This document shows, piece after piece, positions 40,757 to 50,087 of a stretch of 64,000 bases of DNA. This stretch comes from Planctomycetota bacterium (GTDB lineage: Bacteria > Planctomycetota > UBA1135 > UBA2386): contig OZ245838.1 in assembly GCA_965228735.1 (NCBI GenBank), positions 3,840,001 to 3,904,000 on the forward strand, in the 5' to 3' direction. The position numbers and the translations under genes are program-made. The notes under the pieces were generated by a model. It was not told where the DNA came from and ran no database searches. It saw nothing but the letters and a program-made list of their open reading frames with translations. Position 1 is the stretch's first letter, and every line of letters begins with the position of its first letter.

Positions 40757-43210
40757 ATGCGATCGCCCGCCCTCGTCACGCTGCTCGCCGCGCTCTCTCT
40801 CATCACCGGCGCCGTCGCTCCCGCTCAGGACGACAACGCCGCCGCCGACGAAAAGGGCAAGCTCCAGATGATCGCCGAGTTCACGGCCGGGATGGAGCAC
40901 CTCGCCGGCTTCGTCGACCTCTACGTCGACGCCGAGAAGGACGCGATCCACCTGCGCATCGACCGCTTCGGAGAGGACCTGCTCTACGCCACCGCGCACG
41001 CGTCCGGCCTCGGCAGCAATCCGATCGGGCTCGATCGCGGCTCGCTCGGACCGCAGCACGTGATCGCGTTCCGACGCGCCGGGCGCAAGGTGCTCGTGAT
41101 GACGAAGAACCTCGGCTTCCGCGCCACCTCGGACAACGCCCGCGAACGCCTGGCCGTGGCCGAGTCGTTCGCACCCGGCGTGCTGGCGTCCCTGCCGATC
41201 AAGGCCGCGGACGAGGACGCGGTCGTCGTCGACGCGACGAAGTTCTTCCTCCGCGATGCGACCGGCACGGCGCGGCGGCTGTCGAGCAACGGGGCGACCT
41301 ACAAGGTCGACCGCGAGCGCAGCGCGCTCTGGCTCGAACGAACGAAGGCGTTCCCGCAGAACACCGAGGTCGAGGTGCTGCTGACGTTCGTGAGCAGCGG
41401 CAGCAATCGCGAGGTCGCGCGCACCGCGGCCGACGGCCAGGCGGTCGCGCTGCGTCAGCACCACAGCTTCATCCAGCTGCCCGACCGCAGCTACACGCCG
41501 CGCCGCTTCGACCCGCGCATCGGCTACTTCGGCCCGCAGTTCCTCGACTACGCGGCGCCGATCGGCCAGTCGATGCATCGCCACTACATCGCGCGGCACC
41601 GCCTGGAGAAGAAGGACCCGAACGCGGCCGTGAGCCCCGCCGTCGAACCGCTGGTCTACTACATCGATCCCGGCACTCCCGAGCCCGTGCGGTCGGCCCT
41701 CCTCGAGGGCGCGATGTGGTGGGCCGAGGCGTTCGAGGCCGCCGGTTTCCGCGACGCGTTCCAGGTCCGGATCCTGCCGACCACCGCCGACCCGATGGAC
41801 GTGCGCTACAACATGATCCACTGGGTGCACCGCCAGACGCGTGGCTGGTCCTACGGTGCGAGCATCCGCGATCCGCGCACGGGTGAGATCATCAAGGGCA
41901 ACGTGCTGCTCGGTTCGCTGCGCGTGCGCCAGGACCACCTCAAGTTCATCGGCCTCGAGTCGCCGTACAGCGTTGATGGCTGCGCGGTGTCCGGCTCGCC
42001 CGGCGTGCAGCACCTCGTGCGCGACGACACCCTCGCACGCGAGACGGCACTGGCCCGCATCCGGCAGCTGGCGGCGCACGAGGTCGGGCACACGCTCGGC
42101 CTGTCGCACAACTTCGCCGCGAGCACCTACGGGCGCGCGTCGGTGATGGACTATCCGGCACCGCTCGTGTCGGTCGGCGAGAACGACGAACTCGACTTCA
42201 GCAACGCGTACGACACGGGCATCGGCGAGTACGACATCTGGGCGATCCAGTACGGGTACTCGCAGTTCGCGCCGGGCGCTGACGAAGCCGCCGAGCTGCA
42301 GAAGATCGTCACGGACGGTCTGCGACGCGGCTACGCCTTCCTCACCGATCAGGACGCGCGCGCCGCGAGCTCGGCCCAGCCGCTCGCGAGCCTCTGGGAC
42401 AACGGCCGCGATCCGGTCGAACAGCTCGCGCTCGACCTTCGGGTGCGTGCCATCGGGCTGCGCAAGTTCGGCATCGATGCGCTGCGGCCGGGGCAGACGC
42501 TCGCGTCGCTCGAGGACGCGCTCGTGCCGCTCTACCTGCATCACCGCTATCAGCTCGAGGCCGCGATCAAGGTGATCGGCGGCGTCGATTTCCGCCACGC
42601 GGTGAAGGGCGACGGCCAGGCCCCGGTCACGCCCGTCGACGTCGAGCGGCAACGCCGCGCGCTGCGGGCCGCGGTGGCGACCCTGAAGCCGGAGTTCCTG
42701 CGGCTCGATCCCCGCATCGCGCGGCTGATCCCACCGGCGCCGCCCGGCCACCCGAGCACGGCCGAGCGCTTCGCGCGCTGGACGGGGCAGCCGCTCGATC
42801 CGGTGGCGCTCGCCGTGATCGCCGCCGACCTCACGCTCGGCGGACTGCTGGAACCGCATCGCCTGGCGCGCCTCGCGCATCGCACGGACGGCGGCGGCCT
42901 CACCGCCCATGAACTGATCTCGGCGATCGCCGCGGCCGTGCGCCTCGAGCTGGCCACCCCGATGATGGACGCGGTCCGGGAACGCTACGCCGAGCACCTC
43001 ATGGCGCTCGCCGACAACGCCGGCACGAGCAGCACGGTTCGCGACCTGGCCGAGCTCGCGCTGCGCGAGCATGCGATGTTCGTGAGCAACTCGCTCGGTC
43101 ACCGCATCCGCCGCTTCCTCGACAACCCCGATCGCAGCCTCCAGCGCGGCCGCGCACCCGCGACCCCGCCCGGGTCGCCCATCGGGTCGTCCGACGGGAG
43201 GGGACGGTAG
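40757..43210 (+). CDS. Secreted zinc-dependent metalloprotease (metzincin, DUF5117/DUF4953 type)
   Basis: HEVGHTLGLSH, SVMDYP Met-turn, DPRIGYF. Confidence 0.9.
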   Translation: MRSPALVTLLAALSLITGAVAPAQDDNAAADEKGKLQMIAEFTAGMEHLAGFVDLYVDAEKDAIHLRIDRFGEDLLYATAHASGLGSNPIGLDRGSLGPQHVIAFRRAGRKVLVMTKNLGFRATSDNARERLAVAESFAPGVLASLPIKAADEDAVVVDATKFFLRDATGTARRLSSNGATYKVDRERSALWLERTKAFPQNTEVEVLLTFVSSGSNREVARTAADGQAVALRQHHSFIQLPDRSYTPRRFDPRIGYFGPQFLDYAAPIGQSMHRHYIARHRLEKKDPNAAVSPAVEPLVYYIDPGTPEPVRSALLEGAMWWAEAFEAAGFRDAFQVRILPTTADPMDVRYNMIHWVHRQTRGWSYGASIRDPRTGEIIKGNVLLGSLRVRQDHLKFIGLESPYSVDGCAVSGSPGVQHLVRDDTLARETALARIRQLAAHEVGHTLGLSHNFAASTYGRASVMDYPAPLVSVGENDELDFSNAYDTGIGEYDIWAIQYGYSQFAPGADEAAELQKIVTDGLRRGYAFLTDQDARAASSAQPLASLWDNGRDPVEQLALDLRVRAIGLRKFGIDALRPGQTLASLEDALVPLYLHHRYQLEAAIKVIGGVDFRHAVKGDGQAPVTPVDVERQRRALRAAVATLKPEFLRLDPRIARLIPPAPPGHPSTAERFARWTGQPLDPVALAVIAADLTLGGLLEPHRLARLAHRTDGGGLTAHELISAIAAAVRLELATPMMDAVRERYAEHLMALADNAGTSSTVRDLAELALREHAMFVSNSLGHRIRRFLDNPDRSLQRGRAPATPPGSPIGSSDGRGR

Positions 43211-43345
43211 CGCCTGAGGATCGCGGGGCAGGCCGACGCCGGGGCGAGAAACGCTCGCCCACGTTGCATCCCGGCGGCGCTTCGGCACGAAAAATGCGTT
43301 GGGTGGCCCGGGTCGCATTCTGACCCGGCTTGCAACACTGAACTC

Positions 43346-44089
43346 ATGGACCGGATTCCCGACAGCTTGTGGCGCGATTTTCCGCTGGCCGGCCGCCATC
43401 TCGGCAGCGACCGGCTCGCGGCGGAGCTCGGCGACACCGACACGCTGCTCGTGTTCCTGCGCCACCTGGGTTGAATCTTCACCCGCGAACTGCTGCGCGA
43501 CGTGCTCGCCGCAACCAAGGACAGCGGGATGCCGACACCGGTCTTCGTCCACCGGGCGAGCGTCGAGGCCGGCGACGAGTTCTTCGCGGAACGCGCGCCG
43601 GACCAGCGCGCGATCGCGGACCCCGACGGCGCACTCTTCCGCGGATTCGGCCTGGAGCGCGGCTCGCTCCTGCAGCTGCTCGGGCCACGCGTGTGGTGGC
43701 GCGGCCTCGTCGCGCTCTTCAAGGGCAACTTCGTCGGCTTGCCGACGGGCAACGAGACCCAGATGCCGGGCGCGTTCGTCGTTCGCGGCCAGCAAATCGT
43801 GTGGGCCCACCGCGCGCGCCACTCCGGCGACCACCCGGACCTCGATGCGATGCGCCGTGCGCTCGACCCGAACGCCGAACCTGCGGCCGAGACCGCGGCG
43901 AAGACCGCTCCGAAGGCCGCCGGCAACACGGCTCGCAAGATCCGCTCCCTCGCAGCCACCCACCGCAAGATCCTCGCCGAGGCCCAGCAGATGCAGCGCG
44001 ATGGCGATCTGCGGACGTTCGCCCAACTCACGGCCGAGGCCGACGAGGTCGCGAAGGAGCTCGACCGGCTCGAGCAGGGACAGACGTGA
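43346..44089 (+). CDS. Candidate selenoprotein: AhpC/TSA-like (SelL/SelU-related) thioredoxin-fold protein, Sec at codon 43, with C-terminal helical domain
   Basis: ATG 43346; LLVFLRHLG-TGA(43472-43474)-IFTRE in frame with the 43502-44089 ORF; ADPDG..F, QMPGAFV. Confidence 0.75.
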
Positions 44090-44511
44090 GTCCGGGGCCC
44101 GCTGCCGGCCAACCCGCTCCGCGATGGGCGCGCAACTGGCTGCTCGCGGCCGCGGCCTACAACCTGATCTGGGGCGCGTTCATCGTCCTCGCGCCCACCG
44201 CGCTGTTCGCGTTCGCCGACATGGAGCCGCCGCGCTACATGGGCATCTGGCAGTGCGTCGGAATGATCGTCGGGGTCTACGGCGTGGGCTATGCGATCGC
44301 CGCGCGCGATCCGTATCGGCACTGGCCGATCGTTCTCGTCGGCCTGCTCGGCAAAGTGCTCGGGCCGATCGGCTTCGTCGACGCTGCGCTCAGCGGCCAG
44401 CTGCCGTGGCGCTTCGGCTGGACGATCCTGACGAACGACCTGCTGTGGTGGCCCGCGTTCGCGTGGATCCTGTGGCGCGCGCGCCGCGCGCTCCTCGCGG
44501 GCGGTCGCTAG
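44086..44511 (+). CDS. Membrane protein associated with AhpC/TSA-like redox proteins
   Basis: YNLIWG, IWQCVGMIVGVYG, HWPIVLVGLLGK, NDLLWW; GTGA overlap. Confidence 0.8.
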   Translation: MSPGPAAGQPAPRWARNWLLAAAAYNLIWGAFIVLAPTALFAFADMEPPRYMGIWQCVGMIVGVYGVGYAIAARDPYRHWPIVLVGLLGKVLGPIGFVDAALSGQLPWRFGWTILTNDLLWWPAFAWILWRARRALLAGGR

Positions 44512-44524
44512 TGCGGTGTGTCCG

Positions 44525-44956
44525 ATGGCGCTGACCGACTGGGCCCTGCTGACGCACGCATTCGCGACGCTCGCGATGACGGGCGTCATCTGGTTCGTGC
44601 AGGTCGTGCACTATCCACTGATGGCGCGCGTCGGGAGCGACGGGTTCGCGACGTACGAGAAGGCGCACACCGCGCGAACGACCGTCGTCGTCGCACCGCT
44701 GATGCTCGTCGAGCTCGCCACCGCGGCCTGGCTGGCGATCTCGCCGCCCGTCGGCACGGCGACGATCGCCTGGCTCGGCCTCGACCTGCTCGCCGCGACG
44801 TGGCTGTCGACCGCCCTCCTCCAGGTGCCGTGCCACCGCCGCCTCGAGGCCGGCTTCGATCCGGCCGTCCTGCAGCGCCTCGTCCGCACCAACTGGTTGC
44901 GAACGCTCGCCTGGACGGGTCGCGCCATCATCGCGCTCGCGCTCCTCGTGGCCTGA
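44525..44956 (+). CDS. Conserved four-helix membrane protein
   Basis: GVIWFVQVVHYP, PLMLVE, QVPCH, NWLRT. Confidence 0.8.
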   Translation: MALTDWALLTHAFATLAMTGVIWFVQVVHYPLMARVGSDGFATYEKAHTARTTVVVAPLMLVELATAAWLAISPPVGTATIAWLGLDLLAATWLSTALLQVPCHRRLEAGFDPAVLQRLVRTNWLRTLAWTGRAIIALALLVA

Positions 44957-44984
44957 GGGGCCGCGCTGGCGCTATCGTGCGGCG

Positions 44985-45194
44985 ATGCCGTACGTGAACG
45001 TCCAGATCACCGCGGGCGCGACCCGCGACCAGAAGTCGAAGCTCGTGGCCGACATCACTGATGCCCTCGTCACCGTGCTCGGCAAGAAGCCGGAACACAC
45101 CCACATCGTGATTCAGGAGATCCTCGAGGAGAACTGGGGCTACGCCGGCCAGCTCACGGACGACTGGAAGAAGTCCCAGGCCGGCGGTTCGTAA
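44985..45194 (+). CDS. 4-oxalocrotonate tautomerase family protein
   Basis: N-terminal Pro (MPYVNVQI), ENWGYAG. Confidence 0.9.
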   Translation: MPYVNVQITAGATRDQKSKLVADITDALVTVLGKKPEHTHIVIQEILEENWGYAGQLTDDWKKSQAGGS

Positions 45195-45215
45195 CCGCCG
45201 CGCCTGGCGGGGTTC

Positions 45216-45277
45216 TGGAACAGTCGTCCAAAAACCATGTCCGCGTTCTTGACTTATCAGTCCAGAACGACGATATT
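45216..45277 (+). promoter_or_regulatory. tetR promoter with two candidate 16-bp operators
   Basis: TTGACT(45249)-N17-GATATT-N6-ATG; TGGAACAGTCGTCCAA and TTGACTTATCAGTCCA. Confidence 0.65.
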
Positions 45278-45283
45278 CCGGCC

Positions 45284-45868
45284 ATGGCGCGTCCCCGCGA
45301 GTTCGACGAGAACGAGGTCCTTGACCGGGCCATGCTGCAGTTCTGGCAGCACGGCTTCGAGGGCACTTCGATCCACGATCTCGTCGACCGCACCCGCCTG
45401 GGACGCCAGAGCCTCTACAACGCGTTCGGCGACAAACGCGCGATCTTCCTGCGGGCACTGCAGCGCTACGACGACAAGACCAACGCGATGCTCGCGCCGA
45501 TGCTGCGGCCCGACGCCGACCTGCAGACCGTCCGAGACTACGTCGAAGGCGCGATCGCACTGCAGAAGGAGCACCGCTGCCGCGGCTGCCTCGTGACCCG
45601 CAGCGCGCTCGAGCTCGGCAGCGCCGATCCCGACATCCGGAACGCCGTTGCGCGCACGGGCCGCCGCGTGCGCAAGGCCATCGCCAACGCGCTCGCGGGC
45701 GCGGCCGATGCCGGCGAGGCCCGCCGCGACCAGTCGCCGACCGAGCTCGCCGACTACGTGTTCGCCACGCTCAACGGGCTCGCCAGCCTCGCGGGCACGG
45801 GCGCCGGCGAGAAGCAGGCGCGCCGCGTCGTCGACCTGATGTTCGCATCCCTGGCTGCGGCCACCTGA
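45284..45868 (+). CDS. TetR/AcrR family regulator (NemR/ComR-like)
   Basis: MARPREFD, GFEGTS, SLYNAFGDK, GCL. Confidence 0.92.
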   Translation: MARPREFDENEVLDRAMLQFWQHGFEGTSIHDLVDRTRLGRQSLYNAFGDKRAIFLRALQRYDDKTNAMLAPMLRPDADLQTVRDYVEGAIALQKEHRCRGCLVTRSALELGSADPDIRNAVARTGRRVRKAIANALAGAADAGEARRDQSPTELADYVFATLNGLASLAGTGAGEKQARRVVDLMFASLAAAT

Positions 45869-45911
45869 CCGGCCTCCCGCCCCCCCTCCTTCAGTTCGCT
45901 CCGGACCGTTT

Positions 45912-45927
45912 TTGACCTTTCGTTCTA
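45912..45927 (+). promoter_or_regulatory. Third candidate TetR operator upstream of the SDR gene
   Basis: TTGACCTTTCGTTCTA resembles the two boxes upstream of tetR. Confidence 0.5.
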
Positions 45928-45956
45928 TTACCAACAGACCTGACCGAGAACCGACC

Positions 45957-46748
45957 ATGACCCCATCCACGAACACTCCCGAGAACACCTTCCAGGCCGA
46001 GAACACCATCGCATTCGTCACGGGCGCCAACAGGCCGAACGGCATCGGCCGCGCCATCGTCGACGCGCTGCTCGCGGCCGGCGCGCGCAAGATCTACGCG
46101 ACCGCGCGGAACCCGCAGCAGCTCGCCGAGCTCGTCGAGCAGCGCGCCGGGCGCGTCGTCGCCGTGCCGCTCGACGTCACCGACGCGGACTCGATCCGCG
46201 CGGCCGTCGCGAACGCGCCCGACGTCAACCTGCTCGTGAACAACTCGGGTTTCTTCGGCGGCGTCGATTCGCTCGCCGACCTCGACATCATCAAGCGCGA
46301 GATCGACGTGAACTACTACGGCCCGATCGCCCTCACGGCGGCCTTCGCGCCCGTGCTCAGCAACAACGGCGGCGGCCACGTCGTCAACGTCAACTCGATC
46401 GCGAGCTTCGTCAACTTCCCGCTCGGCAGCACCTACTCCGCGTCGAAGGCCGCCTCGCACAGCGTGACGATCGGCCAGCGCCGCGAGCTCGCGCCGCAGG
46501 GCACCCACGTGATCGGCGTCTACCCCGGCCCGATCGCGACGGACCTCGCGAAGGACATCGAGATGGACAAGTTCCCGCCGAGCCTCGTCGCCGACGCGAT
46601 CCTCGCGGGTCTGCGCGACGGCAGCGACGAGGTCTTCCCTGACGCGTTCTCCCAGGGACTGTTCGCGCAGTGGCAGCAGGACGGCAAGGCCGTCGAACGG
46701 GAGATGGCGGCAGCAGCCGCCGAGGCCGCGACGGCGACCGCCTCGTAA
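45957..46748 (+). CDS. SDR family oxidoreductase
   Basis: VTGANR..GIG, YSASK, PGPIAT. Confidence 0.9.
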   Translation: MTPSTNTPENTFQAENTIAFVTGANRPNGIGRAIVDALLAAGARKIYATARNPQQLAELVEQRAGRVVAVPLDVTDADSIRAAVANAPDVNLLVNNSGFFGGVDSLADLDIIKREIDVNYYGPIALTAAFAPVLSNNGGGHVVNVNSIASFVNFPLGSTYSASKAASHSVTIGQRRELAPQGTHVIGVYPGPIATDLAKDIEMDKFPPSLVADAILAGLRDGSDEVFPDAFSQGLFAQWQQDGKAVEREMAAAAAEAATATAS

Positions 46749-46813
46749 GGCGCCACGCAGCACGAAGCGGGAACGCCGGGTGCATCGGCGTTGACGGCGG
46801 GTACCGTCACGGC

Positions 46814-47278
46814 ATGAGCGACCTCCGCCAGCCGATCGACACCGAAGCCGTCATCGCCAATCTCAACACGATCCTCGAGCTCGAGCTCGCGGGCGTCGTG
46901 CGCTACACGCACTACTCGCTCATGGTGTTCGGCCACTCGCGCATCCCGATCATCAGCTGGATGCGCGACCAGGCCAACGAGGGCATGGCGCATGCGGCCG
47001 CGGCCGGCGAACACGTCACGACGCTCGGCGGCCACCCGTCGCTGAAGATCGGCAGCATGACGGAGTCGCACAAGCACGATATCGAACAGATCCTGCGCGA
47101 GGCGCTCGAGCACGAGCGCATCACGCTCGACTCCTACTACGACCTGCTCGGCAAGGTCGAGGGCAAGAACGTGTGGCTCGAGGAGTACGCGCGCGCCCAG
47201 ATCCTGCTCGAGGAGGGCCACATCGCCGAGGTCGAGAAGATGCTGCGGCGCCCGGGCGACCTCACGCCCGCGCTCTGA
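46814..47278 (+). CDS. Bacterioferritin-like ferritin-domain protein
   Basis: ELAGVVRY, EGMAH, EHE, EEGH ferroxidase-like ligands. Confidence 0.85.
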   Translation: MSDLRQPIDTEAVIANLNTILELELAGVVRYTHYSLMVFGHSRIPIISWMRDQANEGMAHAAAAGEHVTTLGGHPSLKIGSMTESHKHDIEQILREALEHERITLDSYYDLLGKVEGKNVWLEEYARAQILLEEGHIAEVEKMLRRPGDLTPAL

Positions 47279-47281
47279 TCC

Positions 47282-47340
47282 GGTGGACCGCTGACCCGAT
47301 GGAGCTGGCCGGTGGACTGCTGGCTGGTGGACTGCTGGCT
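47282..47340 (+). repeat. 15-bp tandem repeat (2 perfect + 2 degenerate copies)
   Basis: ggtggactgctggct at 47311 and 47326; degenerate copies at 47282 and 47297. Confidence 0.75.
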
Positions 47341-47395
47341 GGCCGGCGACGGTCCCGCGACAGGAAGGCGGCGGCGCCGGCCACCTTGGTGGACC

Positions 47396-48856
47396 ATGCG
47401 ACCGCGCCACCGGCTGACCGCCAGATTCGCCTCGATCGGAGCCGCCGCCGCGGCGTCGGCGTTCCTCCTTGCCAGCGGTGCACCGGCCCAGGAACAGCGC
47501 TACGACCTCGGAATTCGGGTTCGCGCCTTCGAGTCCGCGTTCGAGCCGCACATCGGGGAGATCGCGATGCGCAACCGGGTCTGCGACTCGCTCGCGGGCG
47601 CGGTGCAGGCGTTCTTCGGAGTTCGGCTCGCCGAGGTGGCCCGCGAGATCGACGCAGCCCGCGCCGCGCTCGACCCGACCTCGGATGCCGAGGCCGGCGC
47701 CAACCGGGCCTGGGCCGCGGCCCTCACCCTGCACCTCGATCGCCGCCTCGTCGACACCACGGCGACGACGCTGCCGTTCGAACTGGTCACGAGCTACGAC
47801 GTGGCGGCCACGGCACCGGCCGGAGCGACCCTGCAGCTGCAGGTCGTGTCGGCCGCCGGCAGCGCACTCGGCGACCCGTTCGCGGTCGCCGTCGGCGAAC
47901 TGCCGCAGACGGGCGAGCTGCCGCTCGCGGCGCTCCCGGAAGGTGACCATCGCGTTCGGGTCCGCGTCACGCACGGCGACGACGTGCTCACCGAGCACGA
48001 GCAGGTGCTGTCCGCGGTGCGTGATCTCGATGCCCGCATTGCGGCGGTGGCGCCGCTCGCGCGCGTGAAGGCGACGACGACTGCCGAACGCACGAGCCGT
48101 GGCCTCGCGCGCGTGCTGCGCGCGCTGAGCAAGGGCGCCACGAACGAGACCGACATCCCGGCCGCGCGGCATCTGCGAGAGCTCGAGCAGCTCCAGGCCG
48201 ACGGGCTCGCCTGGCTCCGGTCCCTCGCACCCGGCGACTACCGCATCTGGCTGCAGACCGACGACAGCAGCGTGGCGACCCGCCTCATGCTCCCGCCCGG
48301 CGTGCGTTCGCTCGCAGATCAACGCCTGCCCGTCGTCATCGCCCGGCACGGCGCCGGCGGCAGCGAGAACCTGTTCTTCGACGCCTACGGTGCGGGCAAG
48401 ATCCGCGGCCTCTGCCGCGAGCGCGGCTTCGTGCTCGTCGCGCCGCGCGCAGGTCTCGGCGGCGGCGCGGACGCTGGCGCGATCGTCGACGCGCTGGCGG
48501 AGTTCTGCCCCGTCGATCCGACCAAGGTGTTCGGCATCGGCCACTCGATGGGCGCAGCGATGGTGATGCGCGAAGCGAGCGCCGATCCGACGACGTTCTG
48601 CGGCATCGCCCTGCTCGGCGGCGGCGGCAGCGCGCGACCGACCGCAGCGCTGCAGCGGCTGCCGGTCTTCATCGCGCCCGGAGAGCGCGACTTCGCGCGG
48701 CGCAACGCCGAGCGCCTGCGTGACGCGTTGCGAGCCAAAGGGCTCGAGACGCTCGAGTTCCGCGCCTATGAGGCCACCGAGCATTTCGCGATCGTCCAGG
48801 TCGCGCTCGACGACGCGTTCGCCTTCTTCGACCGCTGCCTGCAGGCCCGCGACTGA
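47396..48856 (+). CDS. Secreted alpha/beta hydrolase
   Basis: Signal peptide; HGAGGSEN, GHSMG, GERD, TEH. Confidence 0.82.
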   Translation: MRPRHRLTARFASIGAAAAASAFLLASGAPAQEQRYDLGIRVRAFESAFEPHIGEIAMRNRVCDSLAGAVQAFFGVRLAEVAREIDAARAALDPTSDAEAGANRAWAAALTLHLDRRLVDTTATTLPFELVTSYDVAATAPAGATLQLQVVSAAGSALGDPFAVAVGELPQTGELPLAALPEGDHRVRVRVTHGDDVLTEHEQVLSAVRDLDARIAAVAPLARVKATTTAERTSRGLARVLRALSKGATNETDIPAARHLRELEQLQADGLAWLRSLAPGDYRIWLQTDDSSVATRLMLPPGVRSLADQRLPVVIARHGAGGSENLFFDAYGAGKIRGLCRERGFVLVAPRAGLGGGADAGAIVDALAEFCPVDPTKVFGIGHSMGAAMVMREASADPTTFCGIALLGGGGSARPTAALQRLPVFIAPGERDFARRNAERLRDALRAKGLETLEFRAYEATEHFAIVQVALDDAFAFFDRCLQARD

Positions 48857-48894
48857 CGGAGCACATCGAATCGCTCGCGGGGTAAGGTCGCGGC

Positions 48895-49491
48895 ATGTCC
48901 AACCCGCCCGACAGCAAGATCCGGATCGCCGTCGTCATCGGCACCGTTCGCCCCGGCAACTACACGAGCAAGGCAGCCGCACTCGTCGCCGCCGAACTCG
49001 CGAGCAACAGCAAGATCGAGGTCGACGTGATCGACCCGGCGACGATGAACCTGCCGTTCCCGGGGCAGCAGGTCGACAACCCGTCGAGCGCCGAGCTGCA
49101 GGAACGGATCGGCAAGGCGACGGGCATCGTGCTCACGACACCCGAGTATCACGGCAGCGTGAGCAGCGCGCTCAAGTGCCTGATCGAGAACCTCGGCTTC
49201 CCGTCCGAGCTCGCGGGCAAGCCCGTCGCACTGCTCGGCGTCGCGGCGGGTGTCATCGGTGCGATCAAGTCGCTCGAACAACTGCGCAGCATCTGCTCGC
49301 ACGTCGGCGCGATCGTGCTCCCCGGCCCGGTGTCGGTCGCGGGCGTGCAGCGGGTCTTCAACGAGGCCGGCGAGTGCACGGACGCCGGCGTGGAGCAGCG
49401 AGTCCGGTCCGTCGCGACGACGCTCGTCGATTACATCGAGCGTAGCATCTGCCCCAGCGTCACCCTCGAGCGCATGGCGCGCGACGGCTGA
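48895..49491 (+). CDS. NADPH-dependent FMN reductase
   Basis: GTVRPG, TPEYHGS, GKPVAL. Confidence 0.9.
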   Translation: MSNPPDSKIRIAVVIGTVRPGNYTSKAAALVAAELASNSKIEVDVIDPATMNLPFPGQQVDNPSSAELQERIGKATGIVLTTPEYHGSVSSALKCLIENLGFPSELAGKPVALLGVAAGVIGAIKSLEQLRSICSHVGAIVLPGPVSVAGVQRVFNEAGECTDAGVEQRVRSVATTLVDYIERSICPSVTLERMARDG

Positions 49492-49521
49492 GAGTCGAGG
49501 GCGGCGCGGCCGTTCGCCGCC

Positions 49522-49923
49522 TCAGTCGCTCTTCTTCTTGCCGCCGCCGTAGCCGCTGCCGCGGCAGGCGATGTAGAGGAAGAGGAACGCGTAGACGAGC
49601 GCGAGCTCGCCGTTGTTCTTCGTCGGCCAGATCATCTCGTCGAACTGGAACTTCCAATGGAACTGCGCGTACGCCACCGCCATGGTGCCGCTCGCCAGGA
49701 AGGCGGCCCAGCGCGTGAACAACCCGACCGCCATGAGCGCACCGGTGACGAGTTCGATCACCCCACCGATCCACAGCTGCGGCTTGTCGGACAGATCGAT
49801 CGCTGCGTCCGTGAGGAAGCCGAACACCTTCTGCGCTCCGTGGACGGCGAACAGGAAGCCCACGACGACGCGGAGCAGGATGTAGGCGCGCCCGGCGTGC
49901 GGGGCGAGAGTCTTGTCGAGCAT
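49522..49923 (-). CDS. DoxX family membrane protein
   Basis: HGAQKVFG, GLFTRWAAFL, NNGELA. Confidence 0.9.
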   Translation of the reverse strand: MLDKTLAPHAGRAYILLRVVVGFLFAVHGAQKVFGFLTDAAIDLSDKPQLWIGGVIELVTGALMAVGLFTRWAAFLASGTMAVAYAQFHWKFQFDEMIWPTKNNGELALVYAFLFLYIACRGSGYGGGKKKSD

Positions 49924-50087
49924 TCCGGTTTCATACCGGGTTTCCGCTGTCGTTCCGACAGATCGCGCCCGGCGCGATGCTCCCGACTCCCATCACCCGC
50001 ATTCCGGAGCTACCGGCGAGCACCGCGGTGTTCCGCTCCGGGGCCCCCGATGGGAAGATCCCACCGGCCCGACACCTGCAACGAATC

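Noticed and set aside
39413..44026. 1537-aa minus-strand ORF
   Set aside because: Antisense shadow of egtB, the metalloprotease and the Trx-fold gene; expected with high GC3 and has no motifs.
43502..44089. 195-aa ORF as the complete gene
   Set aside because: It would omit the first strand and active-site motif that lie upstream across the TGA.
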